Positions 1 through 12,338 of a DNA stretch of 64,000 nt are shown here, one piece after another. The DNA comes from Macrostomum lignano. Lineage: Eukaryota. The notes under the pieces are model-generated. The model did not search any database, had not been told where the DNA came from, and saw only the letters and a list, made by a program, of their open reading frames with translations. Both the position numbers and the translations under genes were made by a program. The stretch's first letter is position 1. Each line of letters begins with the position of its first letter. Location: the NCBI GenBank assembly GCA_002269645.1, contig NIVC01000755.1, positions 124,001-188,000 on the forward strand, in the 5' to 3' direction.

Positions 1-856
1 AATATTAATTGTTTAATTTTCCTTTCCTTGTATACCTTATTAAAGTCAAAGAGTAAGAGTGAAGCTGAAAGTGCGGCACAGATGATTTGTTAGTGCAGAA
101 AGAGTATTACGATACATATCGGCAAGTATGTGTTGCGTGGTCGCCAGAAGGCTTACAAGCAGTTTTAGCGTGCTAAAAAGATGTGTTAGAGGTGGGAAAA
201 TTTGCGGAGGGGTTAGGTGGGGGAGCGGGGTGTGGGGGCGGCAGCCCCCACGATACGCAAACCCCACAACAACAACCACCCTCCCCAACAACAACGCGCG
301 GGAGGGTGGGGGAGCGGGGGTGTGGGGGCGGCAGCCCCCACGTTACGCAAACCCCCAACAACAACCACCCCCCAACAACAACAACAACAACCCCAACAAC
401 AACAAAAACCCCAACAACAACAACCCCTTTTACAACCAACAAACAACAACAACCGCCTTAACAACCCTTTCTACACAACAGCAGAGTGGATATTCTTGTA
501 ATCTAATAAAATATTTTTTATTAATATATTTCCACAGTTATGTATAAACTTTGTTTAAATCAAATTGAAAATGCAGTATAGCCGTAAAATATAAAAACAC
601 GATATAGCGTTTTAATTAGTTCTTAATTTGGGTTAAATAAATAGGTCATAGCCATAAACAATAATGGACATAATAAACCATCATAAGTATTTTTATTAAT
701 TTTTTAAATAGTTATGCTTAAACTTTGTTTAAATTAAATTATAATCAACTAAGCTTCTTAGTTTTTTTTTTAAATTTAAAATTAGGCCATAAAAGTTACG
801 AACAATATATAAACCATCGTCCCACCTTTGAAGACGACAGCGTCTTCATTCACTAG
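1..856 (+). mobile_element. Family A rolling-circle element (Helentron/HINE-like), 3' part of unit 1
   Basis: Ends in subTIR CCATCGTCCCAC (814-825), hairpin TGAAGACG-ACAG-CGTCTTCA (829-848) and CTAG (853-856). Segment ~55-230 is homologous to ~2805-2985, and ~750-812 to ~8998-9060. Confidence 0.7.
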
Positions 857-1112
857 TTGTGGGACGATGGAGCCAGTAAGTAGTATAGAAAAAAAGGCGA
901 GCGAAGCGAGAATTTTTTTCTATGCTGCTTACTTTTGCGAAATCGTCCCTGATAAGATGTGCAACAGATGTGACACACTAAAAATGACGTTTTTCAACTT
1001 TTAAACGCTGCCAATAAAAAACGGTACGACCGATTTGCAAAAAGTTTTTGCCAAAATGTGTCAAAGACTTAGGGCTACCAGAGCCGCAGTAGTTGGTTGC
1101 CATGGCAATGCG

Positions 1113-1136
1113 TTTTGGTTGCCATGGCAACCAAAA
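1113..1136. promoter_or_regulatory. Perfect 24-bp palindrome containing an RFX X-box consensus (GTTGCCATGGCAAC)
   Basis: TTTTGGTTGCCATGGCAACCAAAA read directly, with a second near-copy at 1095-1108. Function is inferred only. Confidence 0.4.
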
Positions 1137-2605
1137 ACTGCGTTTTTTCGACATTGTCAAAAAATTTGATCTCAATTACAGCGGCAGGAAATTATGGCAG
1201 CGCTTAGTGAGTGTGCTCAAAAGACGCGGGCATTAAAACGCTACAATGATCCGAAATGGATTTTTTGATTGTACTTTTACTTCACAGGTAAAAGTACAAA
1301 AAACGTGTTTTTTGAGGTCGAAAATTTGGCATTTTTTTCAACTTTGCCTCACCGCAGCGAAAAGGACGCGCGATAGCGCGGCCTTTGAGCTGCCTCATAG
1401 CGTCAATAACACCTGGGGCTGTTTGATGCGCTATAGTTTTTAGGGCTAAAATGTACTTTTCACATGGCTGCCTATCTGCTGTTTAAAAGTACAAATTTTT
1501 AGTGCACTTTTGTGAGGCCTATGGCGTCGAGATGGAAAACTTTATTTTTGCTGTTTTGCATACCAAATAACTCAAATAGATGTCTTTTAATCGGAAACAT
1601 CGAGATTTGGCCGATTGGGCCATCAATAACCTGCCCAGGTGCCAAAGAGTGCCTAAAAACGACATTTTCGAAAAATTGGGTCACGTTTTTAAAAAGTAGT
1701 CCCAAAAAATAAGAAAGTGTTTTATGCTACGGTGTTGAGACTTTAACACAACGTGTCAAACATATGGAAATTTGTTTTCCTGAATTTTCTAAGCATTTGG
1801 ACCTACCTGTGCGGAGCAGTGACCCGGAAACCGGGAAAAAAGAGGCCGGGGGCTCTGCAGAAAATCAGACGTTGTTAAGAAAAATTTTTAAAATGGGGCG
1901 AATTTTTTCGAGTGTAGTGTCAAATTGTAGCCCATCGGATGCCCTTTTGAATGACATAAGACACTCCTGAAAAAACCCCTGTTAACAGGTACTTTTTACC
2001 TGTTAAGTGAAAAACGGCCCATTTGGGGTACAAACTTTGGAGTGGAAAAATAAGAAATTTTGCGCACCGATTTTTCTGCATTTTCAATATTGTTTAGTCG
2101 AATAGCTAAAGTTTCACCGGTCATACGCCAATATGGCTGGAAAATTCGTATTTTTGAGAAAATTGGCTCCGAATTTTGAGTAGGCCATTTTCGGGCAAAT
2201 TTTGAGCATACTTTTGCTAATAACTCTGCATTGGCGAGACCTAGAGACTAAGTTTGGTGTCTAAAAACAGCACTATGGATGCATTATGCAGCTAAATCAG
2301 TTTTGAAAACTGATTCTTAGGTTAACAGGTCTTAATACCTGTTTGATTACCTGTCAGAACAGGTGAAAATTAATATTTTGGCGCCTAGCAGCCGAAAAAT
2401 TTGTTGACATAATTTGAAAATGCATTGGATGAATGCGCCTTGATGTTATCTCTGTAACGACATGCGACTCGTATTTTTAGGTAGAAGCGTTGCGATGCAA
2501 CGAGCAGAAATGTATGAAAAAGCAGCAAAAATGGTAGAAATGGCTGCTATTAGCGATATTCGATATAAAATACGTGTACTATAGGCCAACTTAGTAAGCA
2601 ATTTG

Positions 2606-2680
2606 TGGCTCAGTGGCAGAGTTAGTTTCCATATAATTGAGTGCTGCAGGGTTCGATTCCCAAGAGATCCGAAAAATTTT
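2606..2680 (+). promoter_or_regulatory. tRNA-like Pol III internal promoter (A box + B box + T-run) inside family A element
   Basis: A box TGGCTCAGTGG (2606-2616), B box GGTTCGATTCC (2650-2660), TTTTT about 20 nt downstream. No full cloverleaf. Confidence 0.55.
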
Positions 2681-2984
2681 TAGTTTAAAGTTCTTTTAGA
2701 GCAAACAGATTTTTAGTATTTTTATTTCTCTAACTATTATGTTTTTTATACAATTAAATTACATTTATTTAAATTTATTTTTCTTTTTATACGTATTTAA
2801 AGAGTAACAGAGAATCTTTTAGTGCGGCACGTATGATTGTTAGTGCAAAAAGTATATTACGATACATGTCGGCAAGCAAGTATTTGATGTCTGGTCGTTT
2901 GAAGGCTAGAATATAGTTGTAACATATATACTACAAAGACGTGTTTAGATGTGGGAAAAGTTCTCGAGGGGTGGTGGAGCGGTG

Positions 2985-5900
2985 GGGGAGCCAGCCCCCC
3001 TTTACCACTAGACTAACTAATGCCAGGGGCGTGGGGGGCGGCCAGCCCCCCACTATACCACTTAGACTAACTAATGCCAGGGGCGTGGGGGGCGGCCAGC
3101 CCCCCACTATACCACTAGACTAACTAATGCCAGGGGCGTGGGGGGCGGCCAGCCCCCCACTATACCACTAGACTAACTAATGCCAGGGGCGTGGGGGGCG
3201 GCTAGCCCCCCACTATACCACTATACCACTAGACTAACTAATGCCAGGGGCGTGGGGGCGGCCAGCCCCCCACTATACCACTAGACTAACTAATGCCAGG
3301 GGCGTGGGGGGCGGCCAGCCCCCACTATACCACTTAGACTAACTAATGCCAGGGGCGTGGGGGGCGGCCAGCCCCCACTATACCACTAGACTAACTAATT
3401 CCAGGGCGTGGGGGGCGGCCAGCCCCCACTATACTACTAGACTAACTAATGCCAGGGGCGTGGGGTGCGGCGAGCCCCCCACTATACCACTAGACTAATA
3501 AATGCCAGGGGCGTGGGGGGCGGCCAGCCCCCCACTATACCACTAGAATAACTAATGCCAGGGGCGTGGGGGCGGCGAGCCCCCTACTATACCACTAGAC
3601 TAACTAATGCCAGGGGCGTGGGGGGCGGCCAGCCCCCCACTATACCACTATACCACTAGACTAACTAATGCCAGGGGCGTGGGGGCGGCCAGCCCCCTAC
3701 TATACCACTAGACTAACTAATGCCAGGGGCGTGGGGGCGGCTAGCCCCCACTATACCACTATACCACTAGACTAACTAATGCCAGGGGCGTGGGGGGCGG
3801 CCAGCCCCCACTATACCACTTAGACTAACTAATGCCAGGGGCGTGGGGGGCGGCCAGCCCCCCACTATACCACTATACCACTAGACTAACTAATGCCAGG
3901 GGCGTGGGGGGCGGCCAGCCCCCCACTATACCACTAGACTAACTAATGCCAGGGGCGTGGGGGGCGGCCAGCCCCCTACTATACCACTAGACTAACTAAT
4001 GCCAGGGGCGTGGGGGGCGGCAGCCCCCACTATACCACTATACCACTAGACTAACTAATGCCAGGGGCGTGGGGGCGGCCAGCCCCCCACTATACCACTT
4101 AGACTAACTAATGCCAGGGGCGTGCGGGGCGGCCAGCCCCCCACTATACCACTAGACTAACTAATGCCAGGGGCGTGGGGGGCGGCCAGCCCCCCACTAT
4201 ACCACTAGACTAACTAATGCCAGGGGCGTGGGGGGCGGCTAGCCCCCCACTATACCACTATACCACTAGACTAACTAATGCCAGGGGCGTGGGGGGCGGC
4301 CAGCCCCCCACTATACCACTTAGACTAACTAATGCCAGGGGCATGGGGGGCGGCCAGCCCCCCACTATACCACTAGACTAACTAATGCCAGGGGCGTGGG
4401 GGCGGCCAGCCCCCCACTATACCACTAGACTAACTAATGCCAGGGGCGTGGGGGCGGCTAGCCCCCCACTATACCACTATACCACTAGACTAACTAATGC
4501 CAGGGGCGTGGGGGCGGCCAGCCCCCACTATACCACTTAGACTAACTAATGCCAGGGGCGTGGGGGCGGCCAGCCCCCACTATACCACTATACCACTAGA
4601 CTAACTAATGCCAGGGGCGTGGGGGGCGGCTAGCCCCCCACTATACCACTATACCACTAGACTAACTAATGCCATGGGCGTGGGGGGCGGCCAGCCCCCC
4701 ACTATACCACTAGACTAACTAATGCCAGGGGCGTGGGGGGCGGCCAGTCCCCCACTATACCACTAGACTAACTAATGCCAGGGGCGTGGGGGGCGGCCAG
4801 TCCCCCACTATACCACTAGACTAACTAATGCCAGGGGCGTGGGGGGCGGCCAGTCCCCCACTATACTACTAGACTAACTAATGCCAGGGGCGTGGGGGGC
4901 GGCCAGCCCCCCACTATACCACTAGACTAACTAATTCCAGGGGCGTGGGGGGCGGCCAGCCCCCACTATACTACTAGACTAACTAATGCCAGGGGCGTGG
5001 GGTGCGGCGAGCCCCCCACTATACCACTAGAATAACTAATGCTAGGGGCGTGGGGGGCGGCCAGCCCCCCACTATACCACTAGAATAACTAATGCTAGGG
5101 GCGTGGGGGCGGCGAGCACCCTACTATACCACTAGACTAACTAATGCCAGGGGCGTGGGGGGCGGCCAGCCCCCCACTATACCACTATACCACTAGACTA
5201 ACTAATGCCAGGGGCGTGGGGGGCGGCCAGCCCCCCACTATACCACTAGACTAACTAATGCCAGGGGCGTGGGGGGCGGCCAGCCCCCTACTATACCACT
5301 AGACTAACTAATGCCAGGGGCGTGGGGGGGCGGCTAGCCCCCCACTATACCACTATACCACTAGACTAACTAATGTCAGGGGCGTGGGGGGCGGCCAGCC
5401 CCCACTATACCACTTAGACTAACTAATGCCAGGGGCGTGGGGGGCGGCCAGCCCCCACTATACCACTATACCACTAGACTAACTAATGCCAGGGGCGTGG
5501 GGGGCGGCCAGCCCCCACTATACCACTAGACTAACTAATGCCAGGGGCGTGGGGGGCGGCCAGCCCCCTACTATACCACTAGACTAACTAATGCCAGGGG
5601 CGTGGGGGGCGGCTAGCCCCCACTATACCACTATACCACTAGACTAACTAATGCCAGGGGCGTGGGGGGCGGCCAGCCCCCCACTATACCACTTAGACTA
5701 ACTAATGCCAGGGGCGTGGGGCGGCCAGCCCCCACTATACCACTAGACTAACTAATGCCAGGGGCGTGGGGGGCGGCCAGCCCCCACTATACCACTAGAC
5801 TAACTAATGCCAGGGGCGTGGGGGGCGGCTAGCCCCCCACTATACCACTATACCACTAGACTAACTAATGCCAGGGGCGTGGGGGGCGGCCAGCCCCCCA

Positions 5901-6494
5901 CTATACCACTTAGACTAACTAATGCCAGGGGCATGGGGGGCGGCCAGCCCCCCACTATACCACTAGACTAACTAATGCCAGGGGCGTGGGGGGCGGCCAG
6001 CCCCCACTATACCACTAGACTAACTAATGCCAGGGGCGTGGGGGGCGGCTAGCCCCCCACTATACCACTATACCACTAGACTAACTAATGCCAGGGGCGT
6101 GGGGGGCGGCCAGCCCCCCACTATACCACTTAGACTAACTAATGCCAGGGGCGTGGGGGGCGGCCAGCCCCCCACTATACCACTATACCACTAGACTAAC
6201 TAATGCCAGGGGCGTGGGGGGCGGCTAGCCCCCCACTATACCACTATACCACTAGACTAACTAATGCCATGGGCGTGGGGGGCGGCCAGCCCCCCACTAT
6301 ACCACTAGACTAACTAATGCCAGGGGCGTGGGGGGCGGCCAGTCCCCCACTATACCACTAGACTAACTAATGCCAGGGGCGTGGGGGGCGGCCAGTCCCC
6401 CACTATACCACTAGACTAACTAATGCCAGGGGCGTGGGGGGCGGCCAGCCCCCACTATACCACTAGACTAACTAATGCCAGGGGCGTGGGGGGC
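2985..6494 (+). repeat. GC-rich minisatellite, 53-bp unit (54- and 61-bp variants), roughly 60 copies
   Basis: Unit CCACTAGACTAACTAATGCCAGGGGCGTGGGGGGCGGCCAGCCCCCCACTATA. The 61-bp variant duplicates CCACTATA. No unique spacers. Confidence 0.98.
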
Positions 6495-6607
6495 TTTTTA
6501 GCTCTCAATTTAGGTTAAATAAATAGATGTCATAGCCATAAACAATAATGGACACAATATATACCCATCGTCCCACCTTTGAAGACGACAGCGTCTTCAT
6601 TCACTAG

Positions 6608-9104
6608 TTGTGGGACGATGAGCCAGTAAGTGGCATAGAAAAAAATGCGAGCGAAGCGAGAATTTTTTTCTATGGTGCTTACTTTTGCGAAATCGTCCCT
6701 GATAAGATTGGGTAACGGTGTCACATAGGAAAATGACGTTTTTCAACTTTGAAACGCTGCGCATAAAAAACGGTACGACCGATTTACAAACGGTTTTTGC
6801 CAAAATGCGTAAAAGACCTAGGGCTAACAGATCCGCAGTGTTTGGTTGTCATGGCGACGCGTTTTGGTTGCCATGGCAACCAAAAACTGCGTTTTTTCGA
6901 CATTGTCAAAAAATTTGATCTCAAAAAATAAGGATTGAGAATATGGCAGCGCTTAGCGAGTGGGCTCAGCAGACGCGGGCATTCGAACGCTAAAATGATC
7001 CGAAATGGATTTTTTGATTGTACTTTCACTTCACAGGTAAAAGTACAAAAAACGTGTTTTTTGAGGTCGAAAAATTGGCATTTTTTTCAACTTTGCCTCA
7101 CCGCAGCGAAAAGGACGCGCTTTCGCGCGGCCTTTGAGCTGCCTCCTAGCCTTAAAAACACTTAAGGCTGTCTGATGCGCTGTAGTTTTTTTGGCTAAAA
7201 TGTACTTTTCACATGGCTGCCTATCTGCACTTTAAAAGTACAAATTTTTAGTGCACTTTTTAGAGGCCTATGGCGTCGAGATGGAAAACTTTTTTTTTTA
7301 ATATTTCTACACCAAATTACTCAAATGGATGTCTTCTATTCGGAAACATTGAGATTTGGCCGATTGGGCCATCAATAACCTGCCCAGGTGCCAAAGAGTG
7401 CCTAAAAACGACATTTTCGAAAAATTGGGTCACGTTTTTAAAAAGTAGTCCCAAAAAATAAGAAAGTGTTTTATGCTACGGTGTTGAGACTTTAACACAA
7501 CGTGTCAAACATTTGGAAATTTGTTTTCCCAAATTTTCTAAGCATTTGGACCTACCTGTGCTGAGCAGTGACCCGGAAACCAGGGAAAAAAGAGGCCGGG
7601 GGCTCTGCAGAAAATCAAACGTTGTTAAGGAAATTTTTTTAAAATGGGGCGAATTTTTTCGAGTGTAGTGTCAAATTGTAGCCCATCGGATGCCCTTTTG
7701 AATGACATAAGACACTCTGGAAAAAACCCCTGTTAACAGGTACTTTTTACCTGTTAAGTGAAAAACGGCCCATTTGGGGGTACAAACTTTGAAGTCGAAA
7801 AATAAGAAATTTTGCGCACCGATTTTTCTGCATTTTCAATATTGTTTAGTCGAATAGCTAAAGTTTCACCGGTCATACGCCAATATGGCTGGAAAATTCG
7901 TATTTTTGAGCAAACTGCATCTGATTATTAAAAATGCAATTTTTCGGCCAATTTTTTGTACATGTTTTTCAACCTTGCCCGTACTGCAGCGAAAAGGACG
8001 CGCAATAGCGCGGCTTTTGAGCTGCTGCCTAATGTCAACAACACCTGGGGCTTTTAGATGCGCTATAATTTTTTGGGCTAAAATGTACTTTTGACATGGC
8101 TGCCTATCTGCACTTTAAAAGTACAAACCGTTTGTGCACTTTAAAGAGGCTTATCCTATACAGATGCAAATCTTGATTTTTTCAATTTTTCAACCCAAAT
8201 CACTCAAATGGATGTCTTTTATTCGGAAATGCTGAGATCTGCTTGATTGGGCCATTCATTGCTGCTCTATATGGCTACAAGGGTCAAAAACAGTGTTTTT
8301 GAAAATTTGGGTCACGTTTTCAAAAAGTAGTCTCCAAAAATAAGAAAGTGTTTTAAGCTACGGTGTTGAGACTTTAACACAACGTGTCAAACATATGGAA
8401 ATTCGTTTTCCTAAATTTTCTAAGCATTTGGACCTACCGGTGCGGAGCAGTGACCCGGAAACCGGGGAAAAAAGAGGCCGGGGGACTCGACCAAAAAAAC
8501 ATATGTTGTTAAAGAAAAATTTTTATTACTGGGCGAATTTTTTCGAGTGTAGTGTCAAATTGTAGCCCATCGGATGCCCGTTCGAATGGCGCAAGACACT
8601 CTGGAAAAAATACCTGTTAACAGGTACTTTTTACCTGTTAAGTGAAAAACGGCCCATTTGGGGTACAAACTTTGAAGTCGAAAAATAAGAAATTTTGCGC
8701 ACCGATTTTTCTGCATTTTCAATATTGTTTAGTCGAATAGCTGAAGTTACACCGGTCATACGCCAATATGGCTGGAAAATTCGTATTTTTGAGAAAATTG
8801 GCTCCGAATTTTGAGTAGGCCATTTTTGGGCAAATTTTGAGCATACTTTTGCTAATAACTCTGCATTGGCGAGACCTAGAGACTCAAGTTTGGTGTCTAA
8901 AAACAGCATTATGGATGCACTATGCAACTAAATAAGTTTTGAAAACTGATTCTTAGGTTAACAGGTCTTAATACCTGTTTGAATACCTGTCAGAACCTAG
9001 TAGCTTCTTAGTTTTTTTTAAATTAAAAATTAGGCCATAAAAGTTACAAACAATATATAAACCATCGTCCCACCTTTGAAGACGACAGCGTCTTCATTCA
9101 CTAG
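6608..9104 (+). mobile_element. Family A rolling-circle element, unit 3 (internal ~1-kb tandem duplication, no satellite)
   Basis: 6608-7915 matches 857-2160, and ~7960-8995 repeats ~1330-2368. Ends subTIR + hairpin + CTAG (9101-9104), followed by unrelated sequence. Confidence 0.75.
6862..6885. promoter_or_regulatory. Second copy of the X-box-containing 24-bp palindrome
   Basis: Identical to 1113-1136. Confidence 0.4.
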
Positions 9105-9157
9105 TGTTAAAAACAACTCTTTTGTGTCCATGGTTGAACCACCTTATGAAATCGAAT

Positions 9158-9325
9158 GCAAGGCCTACCAAATACACAGTGAATTAGCAATTGATACAGA
9201 TTATTTGCACGCTACTACAAGTAAACGTTAAAATAAACTATTGGAGAAATTTAAACGAGAAATTGCAAGGGAAACTATAGTCCAACGGCCCTTTTGCGGG
9301 ACCACCTTAAACTAGCAACGTCACA
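9158..9325 (-). mobile_element. Truncated LTR (5' end), same family as 24690-25546, inserted in Harbinger H1 transposase
   Basis: 9183-9325 aligns by eye to 25405-25546 and ends AACGTCACA. It interrupts the transposase at ...FNVVHAKTRRLVEC. Confidence 0.8.
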
Positions 9326-10116
9326 CATTCCACAAGTCTTCGTGTCTTTGCGTGCACAACGTTGAATTTAGACTGCCTCTGCGAGATTTGCACCTCTTAT
9401 TGGAGTGAAGAGCCATTCCTTCAGTCCATAGCCACTGTCTCCGAGGAGAATGGCGTTTTGGAAAGGGGCGCCAGCCACCGCCGAATGCGATAATGGGCTA
9501 ATATTCAGCACGCGCTTGTCATTCAAGCGTTCAGGCCATCGCGCAGACAAATAGAAGGCCTGGTTGTTAGGGCCTGCGACTACCATGCAGTTGATGGAGT
9601 AATTTCCATGCCTGTCCACGTACTTATCCTCATCGGTTGTTGGAGCAACAATCTGAATGAGTGTTCCGTCAACGCAGCCGGCAGCGCTCGGCATTCCACC
9701 AATTCGATGAAAGTCTAACGCAACTTGAATTATTTGTTGATTCGTGACTAGCCAGCAAACAAGCCGGTCAAAAAACTGTTCGTTCAAGGCCGATATAACT
9801 CGCGAACAGTTCTACAGATCGTAGCCTTCAAAACTCCATGTGCGTCTCCAACGACGTAATAGAAGCCACCACAAGCCAGAAATCTTTAAGTGCTCAAAAG
9901 TTGCTCTTGAGATGTAAAGGCTTTGTTCCTGAGCTACCATGTTCAGTCACCGGACCGATTGTTTGTAAAAAGAGTCTCCACCTGATCCGTTCGGAGATGG
10001 AAGCGTTCGGAAAAGTAAAGGCCCTGAGGCTGAAAGTAGATTCTTTCTTTAAAAACTCTTTGCGCTGGTTCTAGAGCCACTAGGAGCTTTAATTCTTCGT
10101 CTTCGCTATCGGACAT
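9326..10116 (-). pseudogene. Harbinger DDE transposase (DDE_Tnp_4-type), frameshifted and truncated
   Basis: MSDSEDEE start; motifs GCVDGTLI, YVDRHGNYSINCMVV, ARWP, LLGDSGY; stops and frameshifts present. Confidence 0.9.
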
Positions 10117-10396
10117 AAAAACACATAAGAAAACAAATTGATAAAAGCTACAAGAGTCACAGCGACTTGTCAAAAACACAAGACAAGAAGAAGTATTTTC
10201 ACACAGAAGCATCCAGCTTAGTGCATGTCTATGGATGAAAACCCCGAAGAAGCGCTTGTAATTTGTAAAATTTTGCTTGTCATTTGTCACTTGTAACTTG
10301 TCGATTTGTCAAGTTGTAGTTTTTACGCATTATTTTGCGGAATCGTCACTTGTCACTTGTAATTAGTCCTAAAAGTGCTTTATGAAATAGGCCCCA
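9326..10396 (-). mobile_element. PIF/Harbinger element H1 (5' portion)
   Basis: TIR GGGGCCTATTTCATAAAGCAC (reverse complement at 10375-10395) resembles the H3 TIR. Transposase remnant inside. The other end is missing. Confidence 0.8.
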
Positions 10397-10639
10397 GATG
10401 GTGGTCTCAAGACAACTCCTCCAGGTCACGATCGCGCTTTGCAACTTGAGCGTTTAGCTGAGTTTTATCTGGTATCTTGGTCAGCTCAGAGAGGGATAGC
10501 GGTTGTCAAGGGATAGCGGACTTTTAAACACGACTTCGTCGCCTTTTGCATGCATTACCTGCCAGCTGCTCTGTCTAATATAGTTCAATCCAATCCGATA
10601 GTGCCTTGTAATGCTTCAATGTGAATAATTTCACCGCTA

Positions 10640-11420
10640 GACTGCTCCTGTGAAAGGACAAGGAGGTTCCCAGCCTTAATTGTGTGGGTAGCCGAATATG
10701 ACCGACAGACGGCAGCAAAGTGATTCGGCTTGGAGCATTTTTCATACGCTGGGCATTTTACTGGAGCATGCTGGCGTCAACAATGTCAATGTGTGAGTTG
10801 TGCATAATGCCTCAGTCTGTTGGTGCGTGCGGTGGCTCCAAAATGATCAATATGATGCATTTCTTGAGGCTCTTCGCTCATTGATTTTCACATGTAATAC
10901 AGAGTTTGGCAGAATTGATGCTCGATTGGTTTGATACGAACTCCTTTGACCTGGTCAAGCTGGGCGACAATGTAAGACGTGGGTTAGCGTTAGCGCCAGC
11001 AAAAAAAAGCGCCAGAAACTTCTCACTGGCATGCGCCCTGCCTTTATTTCGAGTAATTGTGTGGTTGGCACAACCCATAGATAATATGCATGATCTATGG
11101 TGCCACCACCGCCAGAGTACGAATACACATAAAATCAAATACACATACATAAAAAATTCTAACTACTTCCCCCTAGACAGTCCAGTCACGGAAAAACCAC
11201 CATGTAGAAATCCGGCGGCCGCTCTCATACTGACCGATAAAGTGCCTTAACCAGTGCCTTAACTGCTTGCTCCTTGGGTCCTCGCCTGCCTCCTGTTCAG
11301 GCCAGAGGTTTCCGGCATCGCTTTCGGGATCGTGTTTTTCCCCAGGCTGGCGGTCCACGATGTCGGTGGCATTATCAATCACACCATCCAGAATTGCGGA
11401 AATCCGGAATACAGTCATAA
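10640..11420 (-). pseudogene. Degraded LTR-retrotransposon gag remnant (Gypsy-like)
   Basis: Minus-strand translation of 10755-10702 gives CPAYEKCSKPNHFAAVCRS, a typical gag zinc-knuckle context. The upstream extent is uncertain. Confidence 0.5.
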
Positions 11421-11773
11421 TGAATCAGTAAAAGCAGGATGCTCCTGCAAATGAATACTTTCATCTACACCCATTGGTCTTCGCCCTGACCTACGGACTA
11501 TCGAACTCTAAACTGCTTTGCACATACAAAAATTTACTCATTAGGTACATTGACAAATATTTATAAATTCGCTTTATTCACTATATGCTCTCGTTCCAAA
11601 CAATATACCTGACAATGCACCTTGGAGTGCGAAATGCGCTGAAGCAATTTACATGTTGATATTTAGTCAGCGTTTCGTTTCGTTTACGTTTACACCGTTT
11701 ACACCAGTGCAATAATAAACTTCTTCCACTGGCGGTCACAGTTGTGTCAACCAGCCGTCGTCCTCACTATTAC

Positions 11774-12338
11774 CTATTGGGTTTTGGTCATGTGGCCCCT
11801 GTCAGTTGCCTGTATTGCTTGAGGTTGCCAAGCAATAGAGGTTTGATGCTCCTGCAGCCTTTTGGTCTTCAGTTTGAAGCATTTGAGCTGCTCCAATAGC
11901 ACAGCCGTTGTAGCTCAGCGTTGCTTAACGTTTCTGTCTGCTGGCTTTTTCCTTTACGATGAGTTGGCAGGCTCGATTCGGACCCAGAAAGTTTGCTCGA
12001 TTCGGACCCACAAAAAACTTTCTGGGTCCGAATTGTTGACGTAGCTCCCAGACGTGAATCCTCCGATTCTCCGGCTCCACTTGATGCCTATCGCGAACCA
12101 GGAATGCCACATTCCAGTTTCGGTACAGAGCTGCGCCGCACTCTACGGCCAGGAATTCTGCAGAACACAGGATGCTCTTCGCAGTTGAAAAAATTTCAGC
12201 ATATCTTCTTATTTTTGAAAGACGATCTTGTTTCCTGTATTCATAATATCCCACTTTGCACTTAGTCTACTCTCGATATTAGCTCAGCCTCTAACTAAAA
12301 ACTCAGAAAACGAGCGGTCAATATGAATAAAACAGGCC
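11774..12338 (-). pseudogene. Decayed Harbinger Myb/SANT partner gene plus TIR-like end (element H1b)
   Basis: Frameshifted translation gives TGNKIV...EEHPVFCRIPG and ETLSNAELQRL-LLEQLK, matching the H2 Myb protein. TIR-like ATGAATAAAACAGGCC at ~12323-12338. Confidence 0.75.

Larger units (their letters stand above)
857..6607 (+). mobile_element. Family A rolling-circle element, unit 2 (complete, satellite-bearing)
   Basis: Starts TTGTGGGACGATGG (reverse complement of the 3' subTIR) and ends with the same subTIR + hairpin + CTAG (6604-6607). No transposase ORF. Confidence 0.75.

Noticed and set aside
46-547. ORFs of 82-139 aa at the window start
   Set aside because: Low-complexity CAA/GC repeats of family A; open in many frames with no domain signal.
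2600-2680. Bona fide tRNA gene (also the family B boxes)
   Set aside because: A/B boxes are present but I could not fold acceptor and other stems into a cloverleaf; kept only as Pol III-like promoter remnants.
2985-6494. CRISPR array interpretation of the regular repeats (also the 18-25-bp arrays)
   Set aside because: No unique spacers, no cas genes, eukaryotic context; these are contiguous tandem repeats.
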